From Amoebidium appalachense (taxonomy: Eukaryota > Protista > Ichthyosporea), in assembly GCA_963693365.1 (NCBI GenBank), contig CAVNZM010000013.1:6479285-6543284 (forward strand): a DNA stretch of 64,000 nucleotides, read 5' to 3'. The position numbers and the translations under genes were made by a program. This document shows positions 1-39,101 of this stretch, in pieces. The notes under the pieces were generated by a model, which was not told the origin of the DNA, did no database searches, and saw only the letters and a list, made by a program, of their open reading frames with translations. Position 1 is the stretch's first letter, and every line of letters begins with the position of its first letter.

Positions 1-89
1 CGCCAGCAACTGTTGCTGTCGTGTTGGGTACATTTTTGGTTTGCTAACCTCTAATCCCTCCACCCGCCCCTCTCCCACAGCTCCCACAG

Positions 90-1207
90 GATGTCATCAA
101 CGATTTCCAGTGGGGGGAATGTGCAGTTGTGCCGCAGGCGCAATGTGAGGCGGGCCTGTCTGTCACCCGTGTGACCCAACTGTAACATCTACGTCGTATG
201 CCAAGGCTCTATAAACTCAGGTAGGGCTAGCTACCTTTCGCGTTACCCAAGTCGTATCCCACTCACCCCTACCTCTATGCCTCCTTTTCCTTCTTCCTTC
301 TGCCTTGCCTGTGGCAGGGTTTCTTGGGCAATACTGCAGCGCCTGACGCTTGAGTCGGGGTCGTTCTGACCTTTGTTGTGCCAAAGTTTTTGTGGTACGT
401 CAAGCATACAGTGCCTGGACACTGTCAGGGAGGCTGTTGTCTTGGCGCGTCGCATTTTCTTCTCACGCCCTAGTAGCCACCCGAACCCTCCACGTCTTGG
501 TGCCTTTTCTCCTTCCTTCTACCTGCACTCGTGTGGGTCTACGTGGGTGCAGTAGTGCCTGGCCGTTGGTCGAAGGATCTCTGCTGCACTTTACGCTATA
601 TGTTTTTCGGTTGGTGCTGAGTGTAGTGGTGCCTGACGCTTTAGTGTCGGGCTACACGCTGCGCCAACATCTGTTTGTTTTTGTGATTATGATTTGGGTA
701 TAGGTGTAGGTTTGCTAACCCCTACTCTACCCCCGCCCCCCCCCCCCCCCCCCCCCCCCCCTCCCCCTCCCCCTCCAACACACACACACAGACACACACA
801 CATGCACATGCACACGCACACGCACACGCACGCACACACACACACACACACACATACAAACACACACACCACCATCCCAACCACCACCCTGTGCACAACG
901 CCCTTTGACTCCTCTGCCTTCTCCTACACCCCACTCAACCCCCCATTTCTTTCAACCCTCCCCCCCCCCCCCCCCCCCCCCCTCCCCCTCTCAAAACAAA
1001 AACAGATGCTCGGCACATATTCAGGGAGGTGCTCGCTCGTGTCGACTGCAAGGTGCAGGGTGTGGCCTATGTGTTGCTGAACTGTACATGCAGCATGCTG
1101 TGCACACCCAAGGGCCACCCACGGCCGGAGGGGTACACCCACCCACGTGCACTCACTGTCGTGTGGACTTTTCGCAGTGGGACGTCTCATATATGACGTC
1201 AAGATGA
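90..1207 (+). other. Possible 3' fragment of an unknown Cys-rich gene (RING-like last exon)
   Basis: Candidate exons at ~90-220 (cccacag ... CAG|gtaggg) and from 1006 (aaacag acceptor). One frame of the latter reads CGLCVAELYMQHAVH...PPTCTHCRVDF, resembling the last Cys pairs of a RING finger. The first exon has stops in all frames, so it needs frameshifts. Confidence 0.25.
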
Positions 1208-1723
1208 CGTCATTTATATGGGTGCAGGCGCTACCGGATGGCTCGTGGCCGGGTGCAGCTGATGGAATCGTTTGCACTGACTTTTTTTTTTTTTTTTTGC
1301 CCCCTATATGGAGTATCCATTTTCTGGCTGCTCCAGATAAGGCGAACATTTTGCCTACCATTGAGAAATACCTACACAGTCAAGTTTTGGAAACTGAGGG
1401 CCAAAATCTGAAGATTTAGGGATGTTGCAACAACAAAACACTTGCAAGTGTTGAAACCAAACAGTATCCGGAAGGTGATTGCAGATACGCAGCAATTTTC
1501 AACTATCAGGTGAGTGCACTGTTCCTGAGTTCCCCCCCTCGCATCGCTGGGCCCCCCTCCTCCCCCCCGCCCCGCCCCTCCCTCCCTTTCTGAACCACCC
1601 TTGCGCAAATGGAGTGTGTTGGTGCAAAAGGACAAGGGCGGACTTCCGTTTTTCATTGCACATACAGAAAGAAAGGACAGAATCTGGACGTGCTGATATC
1701 GTTGTGGCACACTTTCAGCCGCA

Positions 1724-1756
<33 letters not shown>

Positions 1757-2091
1757 TGGTTGTTACTTATTTACGGCTTCGGGAGGGAGGTGTTATGATG
1801 ATCATAACGGACTTACTGAATAGAAGTCCCCCCCCCCCCCCACCCCCCCCCCTCCTCCCCCTCCCCCTCCCCCTCCCCCTCCCTCATCCACACCATTGCT
1901 CCCCTTATTATGTGTATCTTTCTATCTGCGTCACCCTGTAAGTTATTAGTGGATGTCCTGTTGGCCTGGTGCCTTAGCATGGCCCAATGAAAGTGACATC
2001 AAAAGCTAATAAACGGTAATAAAAACAGTACATCATTTTATCTTACCAACTTGATGGCCTCGATTGGAACTTGCCCCCCCCCCCCCCCCCC

Positions 2092-2243
2092 TTGGACTTG
2101 GGCCCTCCCTGAGGATGGGCTCTGCTTATGACGCATACTGTGCGCATGGCTGATGCTGCATACTTGAATGTTTGCCTTTGCATGTGTCCTGCATCATGCT
2201 TCTCATCGTCTATGCGTACTTCGTACTGTGTTCCGCATTCAAA
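2092..2243 (+). mobile_element. 5'-truncated copy of the poly(C)-anchored repeat family (Rep-A)
   Basis: ttgggccctccctgaggatgggctctgcttatgacgcatactg...ccgcattcaaa matches the 3' ~150 nt of the full copies at 15317-15709 and 26964-27357. Flanked on both sides by ~C18 runs. Confidence 0.85.
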
Positions 2244-2397
2244 CCCCCCCCCCCCCCCCCCGGTGCTTTTTATGCATACTCTTTATAGATGGTTGCAGTC
2301 TGCATCATGTCATTCGTCGCTCAAATAATGTACATGTGGAGGTAGACTCGCAGATATATACATAATACCCAAAAATTATATTGGACAAGTAAGAAAA

Positions 2398-3746
2398 AAA
2401 CAAACACTAATATTAGAGTCAGTGCTATATAGTAGATAGCATACTATTATGATAACAAAAGTGCTCGATTGCCTCCACTTTAAGTTGCTCGATTGCCCCT
2501 ACTGACGAGAATACCAATAAAGCCATGGGTGAATGTAGGATCGATGGCAGAGTATATTCATGAGAATCTCGGGGAATGGCTAGATTGCTCCATCAAAGCC
2601 ACGAAAATGTCTAGGCTGCAAACTGTAAGGAAGCCATCTGTAACTACTCCAAAGACAGAGCCTGCCCTAAAACTCAATCAAAGGAGCAGCACCAGAGAGG
2701 TTTTTACTAAAGAGCAAACAGAACATGTAGGACTACAGATCTACCTCAGTGGGCGCCGTGCTCGGAGGAACCCTTCAAGGAGAAAATGCAGTCAAACAAG
2801 GCAGCCTAGTTGTGACGGTTGGCACCAAAGGGACCAACACTACAAAACAAGCGGACACAAAAACCAAGGCCATAGAGCTAACTGCCACCGCAAGAAGAGC
2901 CCGTGACTGTAGCCGGCTGAGGAAGCTTCTCAACGATTCAGTCAACCACAAACCACCCCAAACGCGCGCCGCGGAGGAGACGTCAACCATCAAGCCGCAG
3001 TTGCACCCCAAGGAGAAAACATAGAGTTGGAGAAAACATAGTTGTGCCCCATCTTAGAAGAGAAGGGTGCCACCGCTAACCCAGAAGGCCGCCAACCCCG
3101 GAGAAGCCTCGCGGCCATTATGAAAACCATCTACACGCCCCTCCCCCAAAGACGTGAAGACAGGCCACAATGGAGAGAGGTAGCTCACGGCCAGTACCTT
3201 GCAGGCCACAGGAATCAACTATCACCCCGGTTGCACCAGCACCTGCCTGGAAGTCATCCCTCCTGTACCGGACTTCAGTCCGGTCACAAAAAGAAAGAAG
3301 CGAGAACTCTTATATACCTGCCATGATGAAAATTCGGGGGGGAAAAGGCAATGTGAAAGGAAAGTGACCGAAGCCTTGAAAATGAAGTCACAAAAAGAAA
3401 GAAGCGAAAGCTCTTATATACCTGCCATGATGAAAATTCGGGAAAAAAAGGTTTAATGTGAAAGGAAAGTGATCGAAGTGAAAATGAAGTCCACAAAAAG
3501 AAAGAAGCGAAAGCTCTTATATACCTGCCATGATGAAAGGAAAGTGATCGAAGTGAAAATGAAGTCCACACAAAAGAAAGAAGAAGCGAAAGCTCTTATA
3601 TACCTGCTATGATGAAAATTCGGGAAAAAAAAGGTAATGTGAAAGGAAAGTGATCGAAGTGAAAATGAAGTCATTTATTGCTCTTTTGTTATCATCATAG
3701 TATGCTATCTTCTATATAGCACTGACTCTAATATTAGTGTTTGTTT
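2398..3746. mobile_element. ~1.35-kb segment bounded by ~65-bp terminal inverted repeats (non-autonomous DNA-transposon-like)
   Basis: 2398-2464 (aaacaaacactaatattagagtcagtgctatatagtagatagcatacta...) is the near-perfect reverse complement of 3680-3746. The interior is purine-rich, has no long C/G runs, and holds broken ORFs and a tandem array. No target-site duplication (TSD) recognised. Confidence 0.6.
3285..3672 (+). repeat. Tandem array of about four ~75-105-bp units
   Basis: Recurring unit cacaaaaagaaagaagcgaaagctcttatatacctgccatgatgaaaattcggg...aatgtgaaaggaaagtgatcgaagtgaaaatgaagtc; the third copy has an internal deletion. Confidence 0.85.
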
Positions 3747-3846
3747 GATCTTTTCTGGGCACGGATATATAAATTGGGGGGGGGGGGGGGGTGGGGGGGG
3801 GGGAAGTGCTGTGTTTGTTTGATCTTTTCTGGGCACGGATATATAA

Positions 3847-3900
<54 letters not shown>

Positions 3901-4106
3901 GTGCTTTTTATTAACGACATGTAGGATCGCTTATGAGGTGTCGGCACCAAGGCCAACATGGCTTCCACCCAACAAGATATACATGTACAAATCGATGTCA
4001 CAATGACAACATACAGGATTTTTTATTATTTTTTTTTAATAATGACTTTTTTTTTTCTATGTGGAGATATAACGTATCAAATAGGCATCATATGTGGAGA
4101 TATAAC

Positions 4107-4147
<41 letters not shown>

Positions 4148-4790
4148 TTTGTTTGTTTGGGAACTTCATTTGGGAACTTCATTTACCCGTATATGGCTCC
4201 TGGTGTCGCATTTTGACAGGTGGGATGGGGGGGGGGTGGGGGGGGGGGGGGGGGAGAATCCAAGGAAATTCTTGCACCGGGATATTTTTGCACTGGAGAT
4301 TGGTGTAATGGTGTTGATATTGTCGAGGGTTTTGCTGGGTGTTTTCGTGCTCGTCGGTCTGGTTAGCATCAATAAAATATGAATAACACGTTTCTAATAG
4401 CTGATTTTGTTGAGTTTCTAGCATGTTTCCGGTAGCCAAAGAAAGTCCGCTCTATGTCCCCTTAAACCCTGTTGCAGGACTGGGGGGGGGGGGGGGGGGG
4501 GGGAGGGGGGGGGGGGGGAGGGCATAAATGCGAGTGGAAGTTGGATTCGACTTAGGACTATGTTCAGCTAAGGGGGGGAGGGGGGGACGGGGGAGGGGGA
4601 GTCCATGCAAAAAGACTCGTCTCATCGAAGGCTTGTTGACTCAAGGCTGAAAACTATACAAATTAAAAAAAACTTCGGCCCCTCTCCGCCTGCCGAGGAA
4701 TCAACCCCCCCCCCCCCCCCCCCCCCCCAAAAAAAATGCGCCATATATCCCAAACGCCTCAGCGGTCATACTACACTACACACATGCACA

Positions 4791-4822
<32 letters not shown>

Positions 4823-7225
4823 TTCTTCCCCTCCCTCCCCTCTCCCCCTCCCCCCACACCACCCCTGGTTTCCCCCCTCCCCACTTCCCTCCACCACCAC
4901 CGCCACCACCACCACGCTGGTTACCGGTTCTGGGTGAGTGACATTCCACTGATGTGTGCATAGCCAATGAAATAGAAGTGCGCACAAGACTTAAAGGTTA
5001 CCCAAAGCTAAACCTAAGTGGAGAGCTCGGCTGTGTCTCTCTCTCTCGCTCTCTTTCCCTTCCTCCCCGCCCCCTCCCCCCCCCCCCCCCCCCCCCCCCC
5101 CAACACGCACACTCACACCACCACCACAGGCACACGCATACACATCACGTTTGGCTCTGGCTTCTTGTTCACCAATCGCCATTAGGCAGCCATCAAGCAC
5201 ACCTTTATAAAATTTCAAGTTTACTGAATTGAGATATAAAGCCTTGTCACTTGGTAAATCCGGTAAACTGCCGTTCCTTGCACAGTTGGGCCAGCTCGTT
5301 TTTACTCCATTTTGTCTCGTGGTGTGTCCCCATCCGCCCCCCTCCCCTCTATTCTCCCCCCCCCCCCCCCCCCTCCCCCCCCTTCCCCCCCCCCCCCCCC
5401 CCCCCGCCCCCTGCCCCCCGGCCCCTCTTATGCACAAACGTTCTCAGCTCCATTTTTGCTCTGAGATACAGAAAGTCTGACACACTGGTGGCAACGATTG
5501 ATAGCATTTGAGTTGGATATACTATCTTATATTTATGGATCAGCTGATCCCAGATATCCCAGTATTTATATTGGATTTCCTTTGAATTGGATATGCTTTG
5601 AAATGGATGCCTTCTGCTTATCAAATAGCAATACAGTAGTGGATTGAATACTATGGTATACTACTAGTTAATTTATATCATATAGGTCTTTGAATTGCCG
5701 TGTAATTTTGGTTCAATTCATATATTGGTATGGCGTTTACACACTATTTATTGCTGTGGACACTGTCTGGGGCCCATTGGCATCCTTTTGAAAGTTATGT
5801 CGGATGTCCCTCTGCTGAGTTGGATAACTTTTGAATGAGAAAATCTTTTGGTTGGATATTTCATCGTGCATTTTATAATGTTTGACCAATTGGTAATTTG
5901 CTCTTTTCACGGTGCTATGCTGTGAATAACCACCTCCCTTTCCTCTATATCTCCACGGCATAAATTTGCACCAATCACAACCGCACATATACATGTATGC
6001 CTCGCGTATATGTTTACTCGGAACATTTACAGTGCATGCCTGCAAAGTCACCTGCACATGCACATGCATACACACGCACACATACACACACACAGGACAC
6101 GCACACAAGCGTGCGCATCGCGGCGTGTGCGCTCACAGACGCATATGTACACACACGCGCATATGTATGTGGCCGTATACATGTACACGCACATCCACAC
6201 ACACGCACATACACACACACCCACCCACACACATACATACGCAGGCACACACACATACACACACCAGCAAGCACACACACACACACATGCACACACGCAT
6301 ATATACACTCCTGCATTCTTTCTTGAGCTCCGATGGGACCCCCCCTCTCCCCCCCCCCCCCCCCCCCCCCCCCCCCCTTCCTCCCCCCTCCTCCCCCCTC
6401 CCCCCCCCCCCTCGCTCCCCTCCCCCTCTCCCCCCTCCTGCCCTCCGCAGAATCTTTGAAATTTTTCTAACATATCATTGATGAGATATCCCAAACACCA
6501 AAAGAATTGCGACAGGGTACTTCGACTGGTGATATTCGAAGAGGAATATTCTAATATTAGATATGTATCTGAGAAGTGTGTTTGTGCTTTCGCTCAATCT
6601 GTTGCGTGCCATTGGATACTATAGGTAGTATGCACAGTGTATCTAGCCATACATAAATTTACTTGGCAACCATTCAAACAACTGTGCAGGGGAGAATCAT
6701 TTATAAACATTGGCTTCATTGATTTACTGAGGAGAAAGACGAAAGGCCGGAAATATCTCAGATATCCCTCGGACATACTTACGATAAGCTTTTGAAGCAT
6801 GCACATCCATAGACATGCTACATGCAACGGTATACTACACCAACAGCAATTAAAACAAACAAACAAAAAAACTAGGAAGATGGAGGAGAGACTTACCGGG
6901 GTGCACATGTGATTGTGCTCGTTACCCAAGACAATAAAACCAGCCACAGATATGGGTGGCTTGAAATTGCGTGGTATATCCACTCCGTGTCATATCAGGT
7001 ACACAGAAGTCACGTGTTGGTTGTAGATTAACTTGGCTCTGGCTACAAAAATCCTCTACAGAGAAAAAAAGATCTAATGGTCCCCCTCCCCCTCCTCCCC
7101 GCAAAAAAAAACAAAAAACAAAAAAGAAAAAAAAAAAGTAAAGAAAGCCCGGGAGAAAAAAGTCGAGGGAATGGGGAGGGGAAGGGGTTGGCTACATTCA
7201 GGACATTCGGCATCAACTGGTGTCC

Positions 7226-7307
<82 letters not shown>

Positions 7308-7327
7308 CGTGCGTGGCCACCACCCAG

Positions 7328-8816
7328 TCACAAATCTAGTTCCGGTTCTGGACCCTCGTCATAGAGCCAGGCCCAAAACAAACCACCCCTCTCCAACATC
7401 CACTCCCTCAACCTGTCCACATCATCATAACTCGCACAGACACTCCCCTCCATTGCACCCAACACTAAAACCTTTAGTTTGTGCAAAGCAAACACCCACT
7501 CAATGTCTACACCCGCACAGACACTCCCCTCCATTGCACCCAACACTAAAACCTTTAGTTTGTGCAAAGCAAACACCCACTCAATGTCTACACACTCCCT
7601 CTCCTCATCCTCCTCCGTGGACTGCGTGTCCCGGAGATTCAGAACCTCCAAATTCGTGCACCTTGCCAGCGATGGCAAGTCACTTACAAAGGCAAAGGCT
7701 ACACACAATGTTGAGCTGCACCAGCTGCCCCAACATGGAAATCGGCCTGACTTCAGTCAACCAATTAGCATTCTCCACGCCGAGTTTAGTCAGCCGTGTG
7801 TGTTCAGAAATAGGCGCCAGGCTCGCCACATCCATGCAACCATGCAGGCGCAACTCCCTCAACTCTCTCAGCGTGGAAAGTGGATGCAAAGAAGACAAAC
7901 CCTCGCAATCCATGAGAAGCAAAGTTAACTCCGTGCAGCTTGAAATGTGCTCCAGTTTTACTTGCGCGGTCCCGCCACCCAGCTCGGTAAATCCAGCGCG
8001 CGCAACCTGGGCGCCGTAGTGAGAAAAGCCATGTTGTTGTTGTGAGGATAGGCGCGGCCGCGCTGAGAGAGGTGAGTGGCCAAGAGGACACGTTCGATGG
8101 CAGCGTTACCAGATGACACGTTAGGGAAGCCAGCCGGGTTAGGGTTGTGAGGGGAGAGGTCGGTCACGCCGGGGACAGATAATGACCGGAGGGAGGTGCA
8201 AAATTGAAGTGCGGCCACTTCATGTGCTTGAATTTCCGTGATTAGGTGAAGAGTTTTGAGGTTGGAAAGACCAGAGAGAGCCCGGAGCTTGTAAAAGTGG
8301 TACCCAGGGGAACCGGCTTTCCTTGTGATTGAGATGTGCGACAAACACGAGCAGTTTTTTAATGCTGATAGCGGTAGGGGTGAAGAAGGAGCCGTGGTCG
8401 TAGATTATTTCCAAGTTCTGTTGCTTAGTGTATAGATGGTGGGAGGCGGGAAAGAACGCCTCTGCTGCACGTCCGTGTAAAGTGAGCCTTGTAATGTTTT
8501 CACACACCCCAAACACCACTTTCAACTGTAGAAGCAGTAGATCGCGCTCAGCAGGAAACTCATGAACTGTCAAGTTGAATGAACGAAGCACTCGTCTCCA
8601 CATTATTATGCCTACACAATCATCTACAGTTCTGCTTTCTGTATACGTAAACGGTTGCGTAAAAGACAAGGGGGTTTCTCTTGCGAGGCGGCACCATTTT
8701 TTGCACACCAGCGCACATTTTGCTCTGTGTTTGAGTGGCAGGAACGAGAAAACAAGGACTAGAAGGTCACCGTTAAGGTCGCACGGAAATGTGCTGGGGT
8801 CCGTAAACAAAGCCAT
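7328..8816 (-). pseudogene. Intronless F-box + leucine-rich-repeat protein with several frameshifts (pseudogene or indel errors)
   Basis: N-terminal F-box (DLNGDLLVLVFSFLPLKHRAKCALVCKKWCRLA), then LRRs spread over different frames: IKNCSCLSHISI, LSGLSNLKTLHL, LTTLTRLASLTC, LSTLRELRELRLHGC, LARCTNLEVLNL. Frame switches near 8357, 8152, 8040, 7988 and 7700 without intron signals. Confidence 0.75.
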
Positions 8817-8902
8817 GATGATATGTTTTCAGTCATGTTTTAACCTCAAGTGCTGTCCAACTACAATCATAGTACCCTGAGCTCGAGGTGAGGTGTGAGG
8901 AA

Positions 8903-8943
8903 CAAGGCCTCCTAAATAGCACACCTAGATTTAGGAGGCCTTG
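8903..8943. mobile_element. 41-bp hairpin mini-transposon with 8-bp TSD (hAT-like)
   Basis: caaggcctcctaaat...atttaggaggccttg flanked by the direct repeat gtgaggaa (8895-8902 and 8944-8951). Confidence 0.8.
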
Positions 8944-9001
8944 GTGAGGAATCACTGAGGATGACGGCCTGGACTCCGGTCATGACTCGGATAAAATTTT
9001 A

Positions 9002-9010
9002 GGCGCCAAA
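9002..9010 (-). promoter_or_regulatory. E2F-like site upstream of the F-box/LRR gene
   Basis: The minus strand reads TTTGGCGCC, matching the E2F consensus TTTSSCGC, ~190 bp upstream of the ATG. A short motif that could be chance. Confidence 0.3.
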
Positions 9011-9263
9011 CTTTATGCTTTTGCGCAAGCACATTACATAGTCTAAATCAGTCAGTCAGTCGTGCCCCGCTGTCGTACCCTCGCCGAGACTAAGTGGAAG
9101 CTCATGGCACACGAATGCACAGTGCACTCACAAATATCACTTATGATGATATATTCCCAAATCAGGATACTACAAATTCGGTGAAGTGCAACCAAACCTT
9201 AAATTTGGCCTTTTTTTCTTGTTCTATCTCTCTATATATTGTTGATTTGGAAAGTTTTCTCCT

Positions 9264-9318
<55 letters not shown>

Positions 9319-9327
9319 ACCCTCACG

Positions 9328-9376
<49 letters not shown>

Positions 9377-10491
9377 GTCGGCCCCTTTCCCCCTCACAAG
9401 GCCGGCTTCCTTCCCAAAGGCTTCTTCCTGATAGGCTATATATCTCTCCCCGGCTCTAATATCCCCCCCGCCCCCCCCCCCCCCAACGTGCGCGTGTTGT
9501 GTGTGTGTGCATGCAGACTATCAGTCTAGAACACAACAAAAATTATGGGCTTGCAGCTTCATTTGACGACCCCTCCGACCTAGGTCAGTACCCCGGGTAT
9601 GAACTGTATTCACAACTTCATATCCAACATGTCATACATAGATCGGTGCTCTGGGGGCACACACATCAATAATGCTCGTATTTAGGCTGAAATACGCCAC
9701 ACCTTGGCAACAAGACAGATACAGAACTACACCCTCATTAGTATCAAATCTCCCTCGGTACAAACAGAAGAGATGAGCAGGCTCTCTAATTAATTAGCAG
9801 CTGGCAGGGAGATATAGTAAACGGTTTGCCAGGATCAACAAACACACATGATACGCAACAATTTTTTTAAGGTTATAAATTGAGGCATAAAATAATTGCG
9901 GCACACTACCATTCTGTTCCCCGAGGTCTAGCAGCTTCTATTGTTTCACATCTGCGTTACTACTCAATCGGGTCGCGTGTACACACAACGTTAACCGGCT
10001 TTCTACGGATTTCCAATTAGGTTGGGGCCAGGTAAGACTATTATCGCGTGTTAAGTTGATGCATAGAAGCCCATCAAAAGACTATTTGGCCAAATAAATC
10101 TATCACAAGTTACCAAAAATAATGGAAAGGATTAAAGCCAATACTTAACCACCCACCCCTTTCCATACGTTTGCAAATGAGCGAGAATCCTTCAAATACA
10201 TGTGCACACACCTAACAAGTTGAACATTCAAGGTGGAGTGGTAAGCAACACGAGAAATGCACACAGGACCATTCTCACAAACCCTGTAATGCTGCTATCA
10301 TTAAATTAGTATTGATGAAGATAGCAGTGGCATAATAGCCTAAAATGGCCAAAAATGCTACTGCAACACTGGTGCATCGAGTTATCCACGGCCAAAAATA
10401 GCCCCATAATTCACAACCTCAACGCCATGTGTGGACCAACCAGCCACTGGGATTATAGCCTTATAAGGCTATATTTGTTTGCTGGGACCAA

Positions 10492-29804
<19,313 letters not shown>

Positions 29805-29969
29805 CGTGTACGGTGTTGTCCTGCAAAAATTATTATATTTACTTGGTTTGTGTGGAGCGAATATGTGGAAGTGTGGTGGAAATGGGGGATTATAGGGGTG
29901 TACAAAATATTTTGCGCTGACATTGAGGAGGAAAGAGTGCCCCAGGGGGGCGGGGGGGGATTGGTGTTT

Positions 29970-30035
<66 letters not shown>

Positions 30036-30566
30036 ATCGGGTCCCCGTCTAACTGCAGTTTTTGTGTCCCCTCCCTCTCCCCCCCCCCTCCCCCCCCCCC
30101 CCCCCCCCGGGGCCCCGGCCCGGGCACGAGCACAAAGAATCAGACTTCCCGCACTACAACAGGTCGAAATTCCACCTGGAGATGCAATGATTTATCATTC
30201 TATAACAGAAACTTGCCAGAAACCCACGCGGACGTTTTCGCACACGGCAACAAGTAGCTCCATATGGCAGCCCATGAAATATGACATAGATGCAAAGCGA
30301 GTATTAGGCGATGACAAAATCAACTCATATGTACAATTTGGATCGTTCAACAAGTTTACCGAACAATCTGCTCCTGTTACCAGCTTTTAACGACAGTCAC
30401 GACCACAAACTGCTTCGAACCGCTTTGGAAAAAAGGACATCGCGCAAATCTCCGAAGGATCCCCAATGAGCATGGCCGATGTGGAAAACCAATCCCTCCG
30501 CCCCCCCCCCCCCCCCCCCCCCCCCCCTCCCCCCCCCCCCCCCCCCCCCCCCTCCCCCCCTTCCCC

Positions 30567-30597
<31 letters not shown>

Positions 30598-31415
30598 AAA
30601 AAAAAAGAAGGAAAGAAAGAAAAAATAGAGAAGAAAAACCTTCGGTTCCGGCAACCAATTGAGAAGTCACCTTCTACTTGAAGGATCATTGTAGTCGTAA
30701 GTGCACCGAAAAACTGCATTCCCTCGCAAAACAATCCAGCCACGCAAGTGCGATCCAAGAAGGAAACAAATCAAACCCTTTTCCCTCCCCCTCTTCCATC
30801 ATCCACCAACCCCCTTCTGCCCATCGTCAGAATAAAACATGGCCACCGAATAGATGTGCAGACGCATACAAGAACAGGTGAGGGGCACACACCTTCCTCG
30901 ATGTCACCTTGCCTCTGCTTATTGTGTGATTTCCTTTTCTCTGACTTTCCTCTCTCTCCCCTCTCACAACTCTCGGGTCGTACAATGTATGGGCGTTGTT
31001 TTGTGTGGATTTGCACAAAAGCTTTTCTTGCCTTGTTCATGCCGAGAGCATGTGGGGAAAAAAGGCGCGAAAAATGGCTCACGACTGCCGATATCACTAA
31101 CGTGATTTTAAGGCTTTAAACTGGCAGCCTCTTGTTTGGTAGCTTTTTGTTGACTTTAAACCACATTTTAGAGTTTCCAATCCTCGTTTGCGTCGACGTC
31201 AACCGTCCCGGTGAAGTGGAGTGAAGTGCGGTTTGGCCGCAGTGCCTGGGCTGACGGGAGCTCAGATGGCATTTCCTCCCCGGGACCTACACTTTCATTC
31301 AGTTTTCTTAACTTTAAATACTATTGATTGAACCTCGTGTACTTGTAGCTTCTTTCCTCCCGTTCATTTCTGAAACTTCTTCATGTTCTGTCTCGCTTAG
31401 GCTCAATAAGTGGAC
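29805..31415. promoter_or_regulatory. Divergent promoter region shared by RAD16 and the BTB gene, with an E2F-like site
   Basis: Head-to-head start codons ~1.6 kb apart. CpG-rich stretch near 31050-31260. ggcgcgaaaa at 31064-31073 is TTTTCGCGCC on the minus strand (E2F consensus). Confidence 0.5.
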
Positions 31416-38752
<7,337 letters not shown>

Positions 38753-39048
38753 GGGAGTGGCACGTCTTTCTGTAACTCTCTAGATCTCCCTTGTCTCTTG
38801 GTGCCTCTCTCCTCTTTCTTCTCTCCCTTTCTCTCTCTGTCTCTCTGTCTCCCCTCCCCCCTCCCCCCCCCCCCCCCCCCCCCCCCCTTTGGTCCTTTTT
38901 TTTTTTGGGGGGGGGGGGGGGGGGGGAGGGGGGGGGGGGGGGGTTGTTCCCCGACTCTACTTACGGTTCCTGCGCTTTTGTGTACTAGGTGTAATTTAGA
39001 CCTCACCTTTTCCCGTTTGATTGCCACTGAGTATGAACGGGTGGTGAA

Positions 39049-39101
39049 CAAGGCCTCCTAAATAGCGTACCTTATATAGGTACGCTATTTAGGAGGCCTT
39101 G
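39049..39101. mobile_element. 53-bp near-perfect hairpin mini-transposon with 8-bp TSD (hAT-like)
   Basis: caaggcctcctaaatagcgtacct-tatat-aggtacgctatttaggaggccttg flanked by gtggtgaa (39041-39048 and 39102-39109). Same termini as 8903-8943. Confidence 0.85.

Noticed and set aside
3285-3672. CRISPR-like array
   Set aside because: Units are contiguous tandem repeats without unique spacers, the context is eukaryotic, and no cas genes are present.
7328-8816. RAD7 orthologue next to RAD16
   Set aside because: It has a canonical N-terminal F-box and generic LRRs, with no Rad7-specific feature recognisable; adjacency alone is not evidence.
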